A stretch of 42,021 nt of DNA from a virus. Lineage: Duplodnaviria; Heunggongvirae; Uroviricota; Caudoviricetes. Position 1 is the stretch's first letter. Every line of letters begins with the position of its first letter. Below the pieces are notes generated by a model. That model made no database searches. It had not been told where the DNA came from and worked only from the letters and a program-made list of their open reading frames with translations. Shown piece by piece: positions 26,403 to 35,401 of this stretch. Location of the stretch: positions 1 to 42,021 of the IMG/VR virus record IMGVR_UViG_2703718855_000003. One strand, 5' to 3'. The translations under genes were made by a program, and so were the position numbers.

Positions 26403-27116
26403 TTAGCGCACTTTGACTATATTAATTTCAAATTCATCTGTATGTGCGCTATTAAGTATAACGAAATTCGTACTACCGTGCCTGTACGATTTTGATAAAA
26501 CCAAGCGATCACCATAGCGAGCAAGAACGTAATACCAAACGCTCTCATAGTGAAGTGTCTGATACTCCTTCTTAAACTGAGGTTTGTACCATCCAGCAAT
26601 AAGCGAAAACAACCAGAAATAGAGCATGAATCCGGCCATAACACACTCAATCTTGTGATGCCGAATAAAAGACACTTCAGAAATACATTTAACGTAAATA
26701 AACTTCCTGCCCGTTCTGACGAACATGGTAATTATTAATGCCACAATAGCGCATAAAACCAATGCATCTGGTACAAAGTGCTGATGAATTACCGAAAACT
26801 CCAGAGCCGGAGGAACAAAAAGCAACAATATCGCAAGAAAAAGCCTGACAGCACTCAAATCCTTCATATTATTTTTTTGTTTGATCCCCAGAAAGAAGAC
26901 AATACCGATCCCCCATCCAGCCAAGAATATAACGATAACTGTGACAGCATAAAACAGGCTTCTGGCCACATCATCAACACCGGCCCCGACAACCCACCAT
27001 GGAAAGCCATAGTAAAAGGAAGTACCCCAGCCATAGAAATAAGCACTTCCCCACCCAAGACACCCCATGTAAGCAACAAAAAGTGAAGAATTCCTGAGCA
27101 GAGTACTGTCACTCAT
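26403..27116 (-). CDS. AT-rich polytopic membrane protein (lysogenic-conversion / exclusion candidate)
   Basis: Track ORF 26403..27122; ATG at 27116 has an AGAGGA Shine-Dalgarno. About 5 Trp/Tyr/Gly-rich hydrophobic segments in the first 190 aa, then a charged tail; AT-rich codon usage. Confidence 0.55.
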   Translation of the reverse strand: MSDSTLLRNSSLFVAYMGCLGWGSAYFYGWGTSFYYGFPWWVVGAGVDDVARSLFYAVTVIVIFLAGWGIGIVFFLGIKQKNNMKDLSAVRLFLAILLLFVPPALEFSVIHQHFVPDALVLCAIVALIITMFVRTGRKFIYVKCISEVSFIRHHKIECVMAGFMLYFWLFSLIAGWYKPQFKKEYQTLHYESVWYYVLARYGDRLVLSKSYRHGSTNFVILNSAHTDEFEINIVKVR

Positions 27117-27734
27117 AATCATCCTCTAACAACTTAACAACATTAACTCGCTTTACATAACAAAGAAAATTCCATGTAGTCAAGAGGGTTCAGGAAAGGA
27201 GAAACTAAAATTGCATAGCCATCATAAAGTTTAACGTACCAACCTGCTTTTTCAGGTATAAAAAAACCAACCTCAAGGAAAGGCTGGCATAAGAAAAGTA
27301 AATAATGATTCCACTAAAACTTCGTCGCAGGAGGAATCCTGTGCCGCTTAACATACATAAAATTTAGACAACTAACAATCACAATATAAAATATTTAAGA
27401 TTTCGTTATCAAAATACCAGTCAGTAGAGCGCCAGCTCTCCCGTAGATGGTTAAACATAACAACAAAACCCGCTCAATGGCGGGTTCTGGTGAAGTTCAT
27501 GCGATTAATTCGCCACGCGATACAGCTTTGCGAAGCGTATCGGAATTGAAGCAGTTTATGCGTAAGAAATCAAGCCATTTTTTGAGCAAATGATTCTCGC
27601 ATGGGAATGTATAGCGCACACTCAGCAACAGCCAACCAATTAGCAATTCGCTTTGACCAGTTGTATATGCGCCATTGCTGTCTCCAATGGCGCTGTAGGT
27701 TGCCAGTTGTTCAGGCTGGCTTACGAATTATAAC

Positions 27735-27908
27735 TCATTCCCGAATCACCTTGAAACCGAGCCTTTCAAGATATTCAATGAATGCCTCGATAGATAAAAT
27801 TACATGATTATCAGGGATTAACGTTGCGTAGATAACTTCCCCATTCTCAACGCGCACAGCAAAGAGGCCATTTTCACTAAAAATTTCACGTAATTCTTCA
27901 ATTTTCAT
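27735..27908 (-). CDS. Small hypothetical protein (57 aa)
   Basis: ATG at 27908; MKIEELREIFSENGLFAVRVENGEVIYATLIPDNHVILSIEAFIEYLERLGFKVIRE; below track cutoff; AAGGA about 10 nt upstream. Confidence 0.3.
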   Translation of the reverse strand: MKIEELREIFSENGLFAVRVENGEVIYATLIPDNHVILSIEAFIEYLERLGFKVIRE

Positions 27909-28030
27909 CAACAGAATCCTTCCAGATAAATAGCACCCCCCTGTTCGGGGTCCATCCCTCTTCTCCCTGCGCGCTACTTAAGTATTTTTGATTCTATTCC
28001 GGCATCGTCCATAACTTCAAACGTATTGAA

Positions 28031-28058
28031 AATAAAAACAAAAACCCGCCGAAGCGGG
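28031..28058 (-). terminator. Intrinsic terminator downstream of hok
   Basis: Minus-sense AACCCGCTTCGGCGGG followed by TTTTTGTTTTTATTTT. Confidence 0.45.
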
Positions 28059-28128
28059 TTAAGTGCGGGTGCGTTGAAGATGCCTGACACATCATAGGCG
28101 GCGAGGGATTTCTCCCTCGCCTGGTCTC

Positions 28129-28284
28129 TTACTCCTCAGGTTCGTAAGCTGTGAAGACAGCGACCTCCGTCTGGCCGGTTCGGATTCGTACCTCGCAGAG
28201 GTCTTTCCTCGTTACCAGTGCCGTCACTATGACGGTTAAACAGATGACGATCAGGGCGATTAACATCGCCTTTTGCTGCTTCAT
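28129..28284 (-). CDS. hokD: Hok-family type I toxin (small membrane peptide); overlapping upstream mok-like frame extends to 28341
   Basis: 51 aa MKQQKAMLIALIVICLTVIVTALVTRKDLCEVRIRTGQTEVAVFTAYEPEE: Hok signature (hydrophobic helix, LCE(V/I)R, periplasmic tail). The track ORF 28129..28341 is the mok-type overlapping frame. Confidence 0.85.
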   Translation of the reverse strand: MKQQKAMLIALIVICLTVIVTALVTRKDLCEVRIRTGQTEVAVFTAYEPEE

Positions 28285-28574
28285 AGCCTGCTTCTCCTTG
28301 CCTTTCGGCACGTAAGAGGCTAACCTACATTTGTGAGACATAGATTGGGCCTCAGATTAATGTTAAGCGTCTTGCAGGACGCGTAATGTTAACTGGGGCT
28401 TTTCTCTATCTGCCTTTGGTGTTCATGCCCGAGGCAGATAGCCTCAAGCACCCGCAGCAATTCTACTTAACTCTCCTTTTCCCGCAAACCGTTTTTATCC
28501 CCAGCGGCAAATCGAATACACCACCAGCGCCACCGCCATCGCAATTCCTACCGTGGTGAATGCCTCAGGCCGGG

Positions 28575-29279
28575 TCATTGATTCACCTCCTGCGGCGGTT
28601 CTGGTAGCGGCATCCAGTGAGTTGAGCTCTCTACTTCGACGCCGTCTTTGTCTACAAAAGCCATCTTATTCCCGCCACGAGTGGGGCAAAAAACCTTATC
28701 CCAGGAACCGGGGAATACATTCCCGAGATCATCGAGAAGAATCACATCGCAATATTCAGCAGGAACTGCATCACTACAGCTTATCCAGCCAGCCGGAGTT
28801 CCCGGAGAGCTGGTTGACGTTTCCGAGATTTCCCGAAAATTGTTGGTTGACGAATTCTTACTTTCCCGAAAGTTTTCGGCCTGAAGCATGGCGACACGGC
28901 AGGCGTTCCAGCCATCAGCATATGTTTCAGTTACACCGTCGAGATGGCAGGTAAGCAAATCCATTTCATCAGGCACTACCATCGCTGGCGGCGCTGCGTA
29001 AAGCGGTGTTATTTCTGCCCGAAAATCACCTACTTTATGCAGTCGCACCCACCGTTCGATTTCTGCTTTGTCAGAATTCATAAGGGTGAACGTATTACAT
29101 TCATGGTTAATTTGCGTGAAGGTTGCCTTCCACGCCACCGGCTCTGCTTCCAGTGATGCCAGTGCAATTTTGAATAACTCGCCCTCTACCTGCGCCATCC
29201 CTGAATTTGAGTGGCATTTCGCAATCGCTATTTTTAATTTGGCTTCTTCGATTAATTGCTCTTTGGTTAATTCAGTCAT
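28575..29279 (-). CDS. Hypothetical phage protein, C-terminus ...THWMPLPEPPQ (DUF551-like as I recall)
   Basis: 234 aa; conserved-looking W-x-PLPEPP C-terminal motif typical of an enterobacterial prophage family of unknown function. Confidence 0.45.
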   Translation of the reverse strand: MTELTKEQLIEEAKLKIAIAKCHSNSGMAQVEGELFKIALASLEAEPVAWKATFTQINHECNTFTLMNSDKAEIERWVRLHKVGDFRAEITPLYAAPPAMVVPDEMDLLTCHLDGVTETYADGWNACRVAMLQAENFRESKNSSTNNFREISETSTSSPGTPAGWISCSDAVPAEYCDVILLDDLGNVFPGSWDKVFCPTRGGNKMAFVDKDGVEVESSTHWMPLPEPPQEVNQ

Positions 29280-29409
29280 TTTTCATTACCGCCCTTTCAG
29301 GCGGCCTCCTGATGTTCTGAGGGTGCAGAAATCCCTCCGGTTAAGGATTTAATAAAATTCACTTCTGATTTAAATTTTCAGTATTTTGTTGTCAGGTGGT
29401 TTATCGCCT

Positions 29410-29721
29410 TTATGCTTCAGTCTTATTTCTCAGCCATACACAAACAGGACCATCTTCAGTGTCATGAATGGAACCAATGAACCAGCCTTCACCTTCCGGG
29501 CGCTCCGGTTTCCAAGAGGCAATATCGGGACCATCTGCGTCCAGATTAAAATCATCTTCATCCATAGTTCTGATGGTCCATTGAAGATTATTTTCCTCCA
29601 TCCATGCGTTAAACTCTTCCGTTGAAATATGTTCTCTACCATCACAGAATTTTTCATATTCAGGATGCGTCCAGCAGCCATATTCATCACGTACTACTGG
29701 TATTTCTTTAATTTCATTCAT
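29410..29721 (-). CDS. Hypothetical protein
   Basis: 103 aa, acidic; coupled to upstream ORF. Confidence 0.35.
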   Translation of the reverse strand: MNEIKEIPVVRDEYGCWTHPEYEKFCDGREHISTEEFNAWMEENNLQWTIRTMDEDDFNLDADGPDIASWKPERPEGEGWFIGSIHDTEDGPVCVWLRNKTEA

Positions 29722-29968
29722 TTCTGTTCTCCCACGTTTTCAGACTTTCACCACAGAACGGACAAAATGAAACCCGCACTGGTAATTTAGAAAATTCACC
29801 GGAACGCAACATCACCAAATCATGGTCGCGAGTTAAATTCTCATTCCAGATTTTGTATATCAGCAGACCTTTTCGCGTCGTGTATTCAGCATCATGCTCA
29901 AGGGCTTTTGCCAGTACCGCACATGGTTCTATCTGATTGCTATTAACCTGACATTTTGATTCGCTCAC
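29714..29968 (-). CDS. Hypothetical Cys-containing small protein (possible zinc ribbon)
   Basis: 84 aa with C6, C16 and C-terminal CPFCGES motif. Confidence 0.35.
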   Translation of the reverse strand: MSESKCQVNSNQIEPCAVLAKALEHDAEYTTRKGLLIYKIWNENLTRDHDLVMLRSGEFSKLPVRVSFCPFCGESLKTWENRNE

Positions 29969-30402
29969 AGCATCACCTCCTGAAATTCCCCCTGATAAAA
30001 CGCCAGCACTCGCTGCATAACCTCACTCTTCCGGCACTCGCGACAGATTATGTTCTGACGCCTGTCGTAGCGGCGTATTTCTCCGTCAGGTAATGACCTG
30101 ATAAGGTCCGGATCAACCACAGCCGTTTTCTTCACCTTTGCCCTCGATAGTTTTTTGCGGGCGTTTTGCCAGTCCTTACGAGCCTGTTCAGAGGGAAATA
30201 GCCCGTAGCCGGAGTTATATACATCGCCACTGGCAACCAGCTCTCTGGCGAGAACGCTCATTAAATATCTTGTCGCACCTGTCTTAGCTTCAAGTTGTCG
30301 TAACGTCTCGCGCCCATTCTGGCGCACGAGTTCAACAACCTGCCCCTTAATTTTTTCCCGCTCTTCTTGTGTAAATACTTTTGCCATAAGCGCCTCCGGC
30401 AA
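29965..30402 (-). CDS. Hypothetical protein (nin-region position)
   Basis: 145 aa, basic C-terminal half with CRECRK; start abuts stop of upstream gene. Confidence 0.4.
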   Translation of the reverse strand: MPEALMAKVFTQEEREKIKGQVVELVRQNGRETLRQLEAKTGATRYLMSVLARELVASGDVYNSGYGLFPSEQARKDWQNARKKLSRAKVKKTAVVDPDLIRSLPDGEIRRYDRRQNIICRECRKSEVMQRVLAFYQGEFQEVML

Positions 30403-31164
30403 TCACTTTTCCGATACAACACAGCGGGAAGAATCAGTAATCTGGCGAACAATATCCCGGTGCTTGTTCAACTCCCGCAGCGCGGCGCAGACACGCTCCC
30501 ACTTCTGGACATGGCTTTTCGCCCGACGCAGTTTGCGGTTTGCCAGATGCAGCGATGGCAAAATCAAATCATCCGCCCGCGTTTCGGTAAACGATGGCAA
30601 CGACTGCACAATGTCCGCTACAGTATCTGTTTTAATTTCTTCCTGTGTTGCAGCCTCCTGTACTGGTAACGCAACACCTGCGGGCTGAGGAAAAGCCTTA
30701 CCATCAGTTTCCGCTACCGATGCTGCTTTCGGCTCTGCTGGTAAATTATCGCCCGGTATGCAGTAACGAAATTTACCGCCCTGATTTACGCGAATCAGAC
30801 GACCTTTGCTGATTGCCATTGCCAGCGTTGAAGCCACTTTGCGTGATGTGGTACCAAACAATGTAGCCAGTTCATCCGCCGTTTGTGGTCCGCGTTGTTC
30901 AATCGTCGCGGTTAAATCGCACTCTGAGATTTTCGCTACTGTCGCCGTGCTGGTTTCTTCCGGCTGTTCTTCTGGCGCTGGCTGTTCCTGCTGAACGTTG
31001 TTATCAGCCACACGCCAGGTGTATGCGCTTTTATCAACGAAGCCAGCCTTTTTCAGTTCCCACAGCTCGTTCAGTACTTCTTCACGACTGATATCAAGTC
31101 GCGCAGCCAGCTCTACCGACGTGGCTTTTCCCATCGCTTTCAGTGCGTCAAAAACAGTCTCCAT
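30403..31164 (-). CDS. Tandem winged-helix DNA-binding protein (downstream of replication genes)
   Basis: 253 aa with two HTH-like segments (…[30 protein letters not shown]… and …[31 protein letters not shown]…). Confidence 0.5.
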   Translation of the reverse strand: METVFDALKAMGKATSVELAARLDISREEVLNELWELKKAGFVDKSAYTWRVADNNVQQEQPAPEEQPEETSTATVAKISECDLTATIEQRGPQTADELATLFGTTSRKVASTLAMAISKGRLIRVNQGGKFRYCIPGDNLPAEPKAASVAETDGKAFPQPAGVALPVQEAATQEEIKTDTVADIVQSLPSFTETRADDLILPSLHLANRKLRRAKSHVQKWERVCAALRELNKHRDIVRQITDSSRCVVSEK

Positions 31165-31184
31165 AAATTTCCTCCCGGTAAAAA

Positions 31185-31931
31185 TTACTTTTCAATACCT
31201 GGCTGACCAACATTCGGGCGCCAGCTCTCCCAGTTAAAATTCACCCAGCGCCCGCCGTTCATGGTCATGCGATCCATAATCCGCTCGCCGAGCAATGTTT
31301 TCATGGCCTCATAGTTCAGGTTTGTCAGCATTCCCACGCTACGCATCGACGCTGTCCGTCGATCAATAATCTGGTGCAGTACCACCTGCTCGTTTTTCGT
31401 CTCGCGCTGAATGCCAATTTCATCAAGAACCAGCAGATCCACTTCGCACAGTTCCCGCAAAAATTTTTCGCCTGACTGCCCGTCGTCATAGCTGGCGTGC
31501 AGGGCGCTCATAACATCAGCCACGGTAACCACAATCACTGTCTGACCGTCTTTCAGCAGGCGATTCCCGATAGCTGCCGCTAAGTGATTCTTCCCGGTAC
31601 CAGGTTTTCCGCTGAACGCAAAATTTGTACACCCGGTCATCAGTTCATCGGCGATGGATTTCGCCTGGCTTAACGCGTATCGCTGGCCGTCGTTCTGCAC
31701 CTGGTAATTCGCAAACGAGCATTTACGGTGCAACGGCTGGATGCCTGAGCGATTCAGAATTTTTTCCACCCGCAACTGGCGATTCAGGCGGTTGATCTCC
31801 TCGCTACGTTTCTGGCCTTCAGCAAGTTGCCACTCGCGCCACTCCGCAACCGTTCTGAATGGGGCGGTTACATGTGGTGGGGTCAGTCTGCGGATACGCT
31901 CCAGAACGCCTCCTGTCGCAATATTTTTCAT
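31185..31931 (-). CDS. ydaV: DnaC-like replicative helicase loader (AAA+)
   Basis: 248 aa; ...[21 protein letters not shown]... (Walker A) and ...[12 protein letters not shown]... (Walker B); alignable by eye to E. coli DnaC as recalled. Confidence 0.85.
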   Translation of the reverse strand: MKNIATGGVLERIRRLTPPHVTAPFRTVAEWREWQLAEGQKRSEEINRLNRQLRVEKILNRSGIQPLHRKCSFANYQVQNDGQRYALSQAKSIADELMTGCTNFAFSGKPGTGKNHLAAAIGNRLLKDGQTVIVVTVADVMSALHASYDDGQSGEKFLRELCEVDLLVLDEIGIQRETKNEQVVLHQIIDRRTASMRSVGMLTNLNYEAMKTLLGERIMDRMTMNGGRWVNFNWESWRPNVGQPGIEK

Positions 31932-31937
31932 GGTCTG

Positions 31938-32727
31938 TTACCCCCTGAAGCCTGGCGGGATCGCACTGTCCGGCAACGAGACGGTGTTAACCTGTCGGAG
32001 CAACGTCTCAGGCCGAACACCTTTCGGCGCGAACAGGCCCTGGTATTCATTGGCGATGCTGTGTCGAATCACCTGCTCAGGTGTAAACCCCTGCTGACGG
32101 AATTTTTCCAGTTCCCGTATCGCCCCGTTAGCGCCCTGCTCCGTTCGAATCGGTTTTCGCAATGCCTGTCTGAACCGGACCCACTCATGCCAGAGTGTTT
32201 CCGGCAACCAATCGGGCAGCTCAATAGCCTCCGGCTCGAATTTTTTAGACGCTCGTTTTTGGCGAGGGGGATTTAGGGGGAGATCAGTATTTAGATCTTC
32301 CTCTTCCTCTTCCTCTGGTAGCGCTTTTTGATCCGTTTGTGTAACGCCGGCAGCGTTACCTTTTCGTTTCAGTTCACGTATTTTTGTAACTCGCTCGTTT
32401 GTAACCGCCCGTTTTTTTAGAGCTTTTTCCGTTATGGCGTTCAAAGTTAGGTAGAGAAAGCCCAACGTCATTTTCGACCAGCCATCCAACCTGAATTAAC
32501 GCATCAGCAAAACCAGCCATAAAAGTGATGCGATCTATTGCACTTTTTGTAACGCCGCGAGCGTTACAATCTGCATTACCGTCTATCATTTGTTGATCCG
32601 CCCATGCCCAGAAGCGAATAACCTTCCCTAATGCGGCATCTGGATCAATATTCAGAATCTCAGCAAGCCTGAATATTTCCGGCTTATCCGGCGTAATAAC
32701 CTCGAGCTTTATCCAGTTTGAAGCCAT
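31938..32727 (-). pseudogene. ydaU: Lambda O-like replication initiator, split by a frameshift in an A7 homopolymer (or sequencing error)
   Basis: Track ORFs 32374..32727 and 31938..32489 are the N- and C-terminal halves in frames offset by 1; the break maps to the T7/A7 run at 32412-32418 (removing one A restores ...HNGKSSKKRAVTNERVTKIRELKRKG...). Confidence 0.5.
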
Positions 32728-32760
32728 TTGTTTTCACCTTGTAACGCTCGCAGCGTTACA
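32341..32760. repeat. Four copies of a GTAAC-containing 19-20 bp element (three palindromic TGTAACGC-N5-GCGTTACA, one direct-repeat variant) in and just upstream of the O-like gene
   Basis: GTAACGCCGGCAGCGTTAC (32341-32359), TTGTAACTCGCTCGTTTGTAAC (32385-32406), GTAACGCCGCGAGCGTTAC (32549-32567), GTAACGCTCGCAGCGTTAC (32741-32759). Confidence 0.5.
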
Positions 32761-32804
32761 TTTAACTGATACCGAACAAAACAATCCGGCACGATTAATT
32801 TCAA

Positions 32805-33227
32805 TCAATGCACTACGACAGAATCACCGGGCGACCCACCACCGCTGAAATGTGCTTTCCGGTAAACGGCCTGGACTGCATCATCATGCGCATCAATTGC
32901 CGTACTCAACGCTTCCTGCGCCGCCAGTAATGCACGGCGTTCCAGGGTATCGAAGATGCAGAGTCGGTGACGCAGCTCGCGCGGAAGAATTGCCAGAACC
33001 GCAGGGATCAGTGTCTGAATTTTTTCCCTTTGCGCTTTCGTTTCACCTTTTAACCAACGGTGATAGATGTTCTGCTGATTATTCCAGTCCTTGCCTGGTA
33101 CCAGGGGCAATTCGCCGCCCCCCTGGCGCAGATATTCTTCAGTAATTGCATTGGCTACCCATGCCTGCCCTTTTTCAGCGGCCAGGGCTAACAGCACTGA
33201 TTCGATGTGCTCATGCCTGATTTTCAT
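32805..33227 (-). CDS. ydaT: YdaT-like protein (Rac-type toxic/regulatory protein)
   Basis: 140 aa, same size and position as Rac ydaT (after the Cro-like gene, before the O-like gene); overlaps ydaS-like stop. Confidence 0.6.
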   Translation of the reverse strand: MKIRHEHIESVLLALAAEKGQAWVANAITEEYLRQGGGELPLVPGKDWNNQQNIYHRWLKGETKAQREKIQTLIPAVLAILPRELRHRLCIFDTLERRALLAAQEALSTAIDAHDDAVQAVYRKAHFSGGGSPGDSVVVH

Positions 33228-33486
33228 GAATCAACTCCTGTGCATTTTGTGTGTTAGCCTTACATCCAACAGGTAAACCATCGGTCGGATTCGGGTAGAT
33301 ATCAGGCCGGAGTTCATGAGGTGTAACCTCGAAATTCGTAGCCTCTGCGATACGCAATACCTTTTCAGGGCTTAACTGACTACGTCCAGTAGCAACGAGG
33401 CTAATCATTGATTGCGAACAACCAGCCAGCGCGGCCAAACAAGACTGTCGTACACGATTTTTTTTCAAATATTCATCTAATGTCAT
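33211..33486 (-). CDS. ydaS: Cro-type HTH protein (YdaS-like)
   Basis: ATG at 33486 with AAGGTGA upstream (track ORF starts at TTG 33513); HTH ...QSCLAALAGCSQSMISLVATGRSQLSPEKVLRIAEAT...; divergent from the repressor gene. Confidence 0.65.
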   Translation of the reverse strand: MTLDEYLKKNRVRQSCLAALAGCSQSMISLVATGRSQLSPEKVLRIAEATNFEVTPHELRPDIYPNPTDGLPVGCKANTQNAQELIHENQA

Positions 33487-33590
33487 AAGGGTCACCTTAG
33501 TAATGTTCGCCAAAATATTAACTATACTAATTTAAATGATCAATACTTATATCAGTTTGAGATTATGAGCTGTGTTCATAAGATGGTGGT

Positions 33591-34055
33591 ATGAGAAGAA
33601 AACGCGAAGAAATCGCATCGCCAGAAGCTACGCAGCGTCTACGCGGAATCTGGGATGCAAAAAAAAGAGAGCTCAAATTGACTCAGGAGCTTGCTGCCGA
33701 GCTAATGGGCTTTGAGACGCAATCTACGGTTAGCCACTATCTCAACGGAAAGGCTCCACTTAACACTGATGCGGCATTAAAATTCGCAGTATTGCTAAGA
33801 GTTAAGCCTGAAGACTTGAGGCCTGATTTAGCTGATCTGATGAATTACGTCCGTTCCTCTGGAACTTATGACGAAAGTTTCGAAGGCGAAGGGTGGCGGA
33901 TGGTTAACAAGCAACAAGCTGATTTACTGGATCTTTTTGATATCCTCCCCGAATCAGAAAAAGCAAAACTAATCGAAAGGCTTAAAGGCCAGAATGAACT
34001 CTACAAAGAAGCGTTTGAAAATATGCTGGCAGCTCAGAAACGCATAAAGAAATAG
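33591..34055 (+). CDS. racR: Prophage repressor, RacR-like (XRE HTH, no peptidase domain)
   Basis: 154 aa; HTH ...LTQELAAELMGFETQSTVSHYLNGKAPLN...; divergently arranged with ydaS/ydaT; followed by a terminator. Confidence 0.65.
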   Translation: MRRKREEIASPEATQRLRGIWDAKKRELKLTQELAAELMGFETQSTVSHYLNGKAPLNTDAALKFAVLLRVKPEDLRPDLADLMNYVRSSGTYDESFEGEGWRMVNKQQADLLDLFDILPESEKAKLIERLKGQNELYKEAFENMLAAQKRIKK

Positions 34056-34075
34056 CCCCCACTACCTCGTAACTA

Positions 34076-34100
34076 AACCGCCATCCCTGGCGGTTTTTTT
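34076..34100 (+). terminator. Intrinsic terminator after the repressor gene
   Basis: AAACCGCCATCCCTGGCGGTTTTTTT. Confidence 0.55.
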
Positions 34101-34291
34101 GTCCCCTGCGCCCCCATCGCCTTACTTTTTTATCAAAAAAAACACTAAAATTTTCATTAGGATAGTACATTTTTATCAACAAAATGCATATTTATGTTGA
34201 TCATCAATATGAATATAACTAATATTATTGCAGAAGCAGCACGGCGCTGTAGGTTTTAGTTCCGCCACCCGGCGTTAAGGGGAGAGATAAG

Positions 34292-34426
34292 ATGGTGCAT
34301 TACGAAGTAGTTCAGTATTTGATGGATTGTTGCGGTATCACTTACAACCAGGCTGTGCAGGCTTTACGCAGCAACGACTGGGATCTCTGGCAGGCAGAAG
34401 CCTCTATCCGCAACAACAAAATGTGA
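34292..34426 (+). CDS. ydaG: Small early protein (YdaG-like, 44 aa)
   Basis: GGGGAGAG upstream of ATG; MVHYEVVQYLMDCCGITYNQAVQALRSNDWDLWQAEASIRNNKM; below track cutoff. Confidence 0.55.
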   Translation: MVHYEVVQYLMDCCGITYNQAVQALRSNDWDLWQAEASIRNNKM

Positions 34427-34436
34427 GGTGCGAAAA

Positions 34437-34589
34437 ATGCAAAAAATCGACCTCGGCAATAACGAATCCCTGGGGTGCGGCGTGTTCCCCAACCAGGATG
34501 GAACGTTCACTGCCATGACTTATACCAAAAGCAAGACATTCAAAACTGAAACGGGCGCACGTCGCTGGCTTGCCAGAAATACTTGCTAA
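34437..34589 (+). CDS. ydaF: Small early protein (YdaF-like, 50 aa)
   Basis: GAGGTG upstream; MQKIDLGNNESLGCGVFPNQDGTFTAMTYTKSKTFKTETGARRWLARNTC. Confidence 0.55.
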   Translation: MQKIDLGNNESLGCGVFPNQDGTFTAMTYTKSKTFKTETGARRWLARNTC

Positions 34590-35009
34590 TCCATTATTTG
34601 GATTAATTCAATATTCTCGCTGTAGGGGTATAGCAGAAACCACCAAAGCCCGGAGGTGGTGAAATAAAACCGGGCACAACACGAAGTCGCATTTCCGATA
34701 TCCATAAAGAGTCGGTCTTGTCTGTTAAATTTAAATGGTGGGAGTGCGCCTCCGGTTGTGGATAACAACACTGCTGTGTGTAGTCTTGGCGGCATCAGTT
34801 TTTTCTTGAAGTTCGACTGATGTCCGCCCTTTTTAAAGTGAATTTTGTGATGCGGTGAATGCGGCTAAGCGCACGCGGCACAGTTAAAAGTCATGTTAGT
34901 CCTTATTGGTTTGGGTGGGAAAGCCGACTGTAATTGTTAACTGGTTGCAGTCACCTGGAGGCACTAGGCACCGCATCAACAAAGTTCATTTGTAAAAATG
35001 GAGATAATT

Positions 35010-35231
35010 ATGATTGCACATCACTTCGGAACTGATGAAATACCACGTCAGTGTGTGACTCCTGGTGACTATATTCTTCATGAAGGCCGGACATATATTG
35101 CCTCGGCAAACAATATTAAAAAGCGAAAACTTTATATTCGTAACCTGACTACAAAAACATGCATTACTGACTGCATGATTAAAGTCTTCCTCGGTCGTGA
35201 TGGTTTACCTGTAAAGGCGGAGTCATGGTGA
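35010..35231 (+). CDS. kilR: KilR-like cell-division inhibitor
   Basis: 73 aa [46 protein letters not shown]...; GGAGA upstream; matches Rac KilR as I recall it. Confidence 0.65.
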   Translation: MIAHHFGTDEIPRQCVTPGDYILHEGRTYIASANNIKKRKLYIRNLTTKTCITDCMIKVFLGRDGLPVKAESW

Positions 35232-35401
35232 TGACTAAGAAAATAAAATGTGCTTACCACCTTTGCAATAAAGAAATTGAAGAAAGCAAAAGTATTAAAA
35301 GACCACTTCATTTCATGCGTGGAGTTATCCCAACGACGGAAATGAAAAAATATTGTAGTGAAAGTTGTGCCGAAAAAGACCAGATGGCACACGAACTTTA
35401 A
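35231..35401 (+). CDS. ydaE: YdaE-like small Cys-rich protein (56 aa)
   Basis: ATG overlaps kilR stop (TGATG); [56 protein letters not shown]; below track cutoff. Confidence 0.5.
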   Translation: MTKKIKCAYHLCNKEIEESKSIKRPLHFMRGVIPTTEMKKYCSESCAEKDQMAHEL

